Part shown: positions 35,366-37,580 of the stretch, piece after piece
Numbering within the stretch: the first letter of the stretch is position 1
Layout: each line of letters begins with the position of its first letter
NCBI GenBank assembly: GCA_003971905.1
Contig: RSEE01000178.1
Span: 1-37,580 of the forward strand
Length of the DNA stretch: 37,580 nt
Origin: Moniliella sp. 'wahieum'
Lineage: Eukaryota
Reading direction: 5' to 3'
Notes under the pieces: generated by a model
What the model was told of the DNA's origin: nothing
The model's database searches: none
Seen by the model: only the letters and a program-made list of their open reading frames with translations
Made by a program: the position numbers and the translations under genes

Positions 35366-36976
35366 ATGGCCGTATCTGGTGGGGCGGCGCCGTCGGCCTG
35401 GCCGCCACGGCGATCGAGGTGCACTGGCTCGACGCGCGCCACTGGGCCTTCCTCGCCGGGGCGGGATGCACGTCGTGTGCGCTACGTCGGTCCGGCAAGC
35501 TCGGTGTTTGTCCACGGCGCTACGCGACGCCAACTGGCGTGCGCATTCGTAAGGCTGCGCCTGTGGCGTGTGCGCTTCTGGCGGTGAAGGCGCCCGCAAC
35601 CGCGACTGCGTGCCGGACTTGGTCAAGCACGTGCTGGGCGCGCAGCATGTCTTGTCCCCCGTCCCGGTGTCCGCAAGGACCGATGCGGAGCAACGTGCGC
35701 TGACGGGCTTCCTTGCTCATCTCGCCGCTGCCCTGCACTCTGCCCGTCCTGCTTCGCGCGCCGCACGGACCCGATCCACCTCGCCACGCCAAAGTGGAAG
35801 CGGTGGTCGACTTGACGACTACCTTGCTGCCCGGCCCCGGTACCAACCCCTACTCCTCCCCTCCTACATGGACAGTGGAGATCAAAGTACGTCTTGGCCT
35901 CTCCCGCACTTGTGGCACACCGCATGTTTCCCCGCTGCGCTGCTCTGGCTTGGCTTGGCTTGCCTAACCCCTTCCGCGTTCGTCATTGGTGGCCCAGCCG
36001 AAATGGCTGTTTCGCGCGCTCACAGCGCCGGCTTCGCGGTACAAGATGCATGCGATCCATCGGGATCGGACATGACGGTGGCCGAGTGGGGGCGCTGTAC
36101 GATCCGGTAAGCTGACATCTTCCGACGTGGTCACGGTGGAGCAAGCCTGACCGCGTTGTGGCGGCAAGCCACGGCCGCCGCGCAAGCGGGGCAGCAGGAA
36201 CAGGAACAGGATCCGGTCGCCCGCGGGTCGATTGCCAACGAACAACCTGCACATTTTCAGCACGGGCAAGGGGAACGTGTTGCGCCGTCGCACGTCCCGC
36301 ACTCGTCCCGCTGCTCGCGCGTACCTCGTGCGCTCGGCCTCTTCACACGGCTCGGCCACGCGCACAACTGGTTGGGGGGGGGGCATCGCGCGCTTGGCAC
36401 ACCAATGGTCCGCCCTGCCTTGCCTCCGCTCCGTCCCGCCGTTCGAGCGGGACGATAGCCAGCCGTGCACCCACTGGCTGCTCCGGCCTCTGGAAGCGGG
36501 GAAGTCACGCACCTCGTGCGCAGCTGCACGCGCGCTGCTCGATCTCGATCGGTCCCGGTCGCGGGTACCGGTCGCACGATGCCGGACCCAACGCGGGCGG
36601 GGAGCCAGACGCGGTCCCGGTCCCGCTGCTTCCGGAGTGGACTGCAGCAGGGCCGGGGGGTACGACTCACTACCCGGCCAGCTCGGACGGCGAGGGCAGG
36701 CGCTGAGTGCGCTGCGCTCGGGCCTGGTGCGCTACACGGTCGGGGCGACGTTGAAGGATGTGTCGGTGATGATGCTGCGTGTGGCGCGCGGCGGGGGTGG
36801 AGGAGGAGGTGGTGGTGGATGTGGAGGCGAAAGCGGTGGATCGCATGGGACGCTGGTGGGCGTTGGACCAAGCTATTGCCCAGTCTTTCGTCTTTGGCAC
36901 GAACGCCCGCGTTCCTCCTGCAGCGTCGGCCTCTGCGTCGCCTCTACCTCGGCTTCCTCGCCGAGATAACCGGTAA
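35366..36976 (+). CDS. IPK1: Inositol-pentakisphosphate 2-kinase (Ipk1), frameshifted; intron 35887-35997
   Basis: LDARHWAFLAG.GMHVV (N-lobe), VRIRK, and a spliced junction giving TVEIK|PKWLF; then SRYKMH, YDP, TNNLHIFSTG, GATLKDVSVM and VVDVEAKAVDRMGRWWALDQAI. All IP5-2K motifs appear in order. Intron GTACGT...CTAAC...CAG. Confidence 0.82.
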
Positions 36977-37580
36977 CCCGGGACCCCCTTTGCATGTAGT
37001 CTGTGCGGTGCTGCTCTGAGATCTGACCGGTCGCCCCTGGACCGGTCGCGCCGCGTAAGGAAGAAAGAACTTCTACCTGCCTCACTCTGCCCCAGACCTA
37101 GCGGTCTCTCGCTCCCGCTCTCGCCCGCAACCGCCAACCACAGAACCAAGAACCAAGAACCAAGACACCAAGAACTAATACCCGCCTTGCTATACTAGTA
37201 GACAGCCATGGGATGGTCCTCGCCCGAGGCAGAGCAGGGGAGGGGAGGGGAGGGGAGGGAGGGTACGCGAGAGGGGGTTAGGATCGCGCTTGGTGATTAG
37301 ATCCTCGATCCTCGATCCGGGACCGATCGATCGACCGTAGGCAAGCAGTAGAGCCAGTAGCAGAGCAGAGCAGCGAACAGAGGAGTCGCACAATTACGCC
37401 GACGAGGCAAGAGCCAAAAAAAATGCAAACAATCGGTACAAGAAATCGTCCACACGGGGGGGGGGGCAAACGGGAAGAGAAAAATGAGCGAGGGGGGAGG
37501 GGGAGACGGCAAGCAGAGCAGAGAAAACACAGAGAGAGCACCCCCCCCCCATCGGCCAGTGACAATGATTAATCAATATC

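Noticed and set aside
7822..36976. Frameshifts in nearly every gene, read as mass pseudogenisation or programmed frameshifting
   Set aside because: They affect core genes (IPP1, RRP9, PDA1) and conserved rRNA positions alike, and many are 1-bp losses in short homopolymers. This is typical of unpolished long-read consensus.
14154..36976. Functional cluster (FKBP, CMK1, IPP1, IPK1 as Ca2+/phosphate signalling)
   Set aside because: The genes are interspersed with unrelated housekeeping genes and share no evident regulatory motif. This is ordinary gene order.

Overview
A GC-rich fungal chromosome end, probably Ustilaginomycotina (Malassezia/Moniliella-like rDNA signatures; inference). Layout: a short (CCCTAA)n telomere, ~500 bp of subtelomeric sequence, then one rDNA unit truncated at both ends (18S lacking its 5' ~220 nt, very short ITS1/ITS2, 5.8S, and 28S broken at ~4787 inside the R1 retrotransposon target sequence). 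Next come decayed TE-like DNA with a nested candidate solo LTR, followed by housekeeping genes: a DMA1-like FHA-RING ligase, two tandem FKBP12 paralogues (one with a mitochondrial presequence), IPP1, a Nup1/Nup153-like FG nucleoporin, a membrane protein, RRP9, CMK1, an LCCL-domain protein, PDA1 and a cryptic IPK1. The apparently empty intervals at 11.2-14.0 kb and 26.5-27.6 kb hold heavily decayed RecQ/telomere-linked-helicase-like relics, possibly from a dispersed helicase-carrying mobile element. The 18S decoding site has a compensatory change at a near-universal base pair. Almost every gene has small indels, many in homopolymers, so this looks like unpolished long-read consensus and CDS boundaries are approximate.
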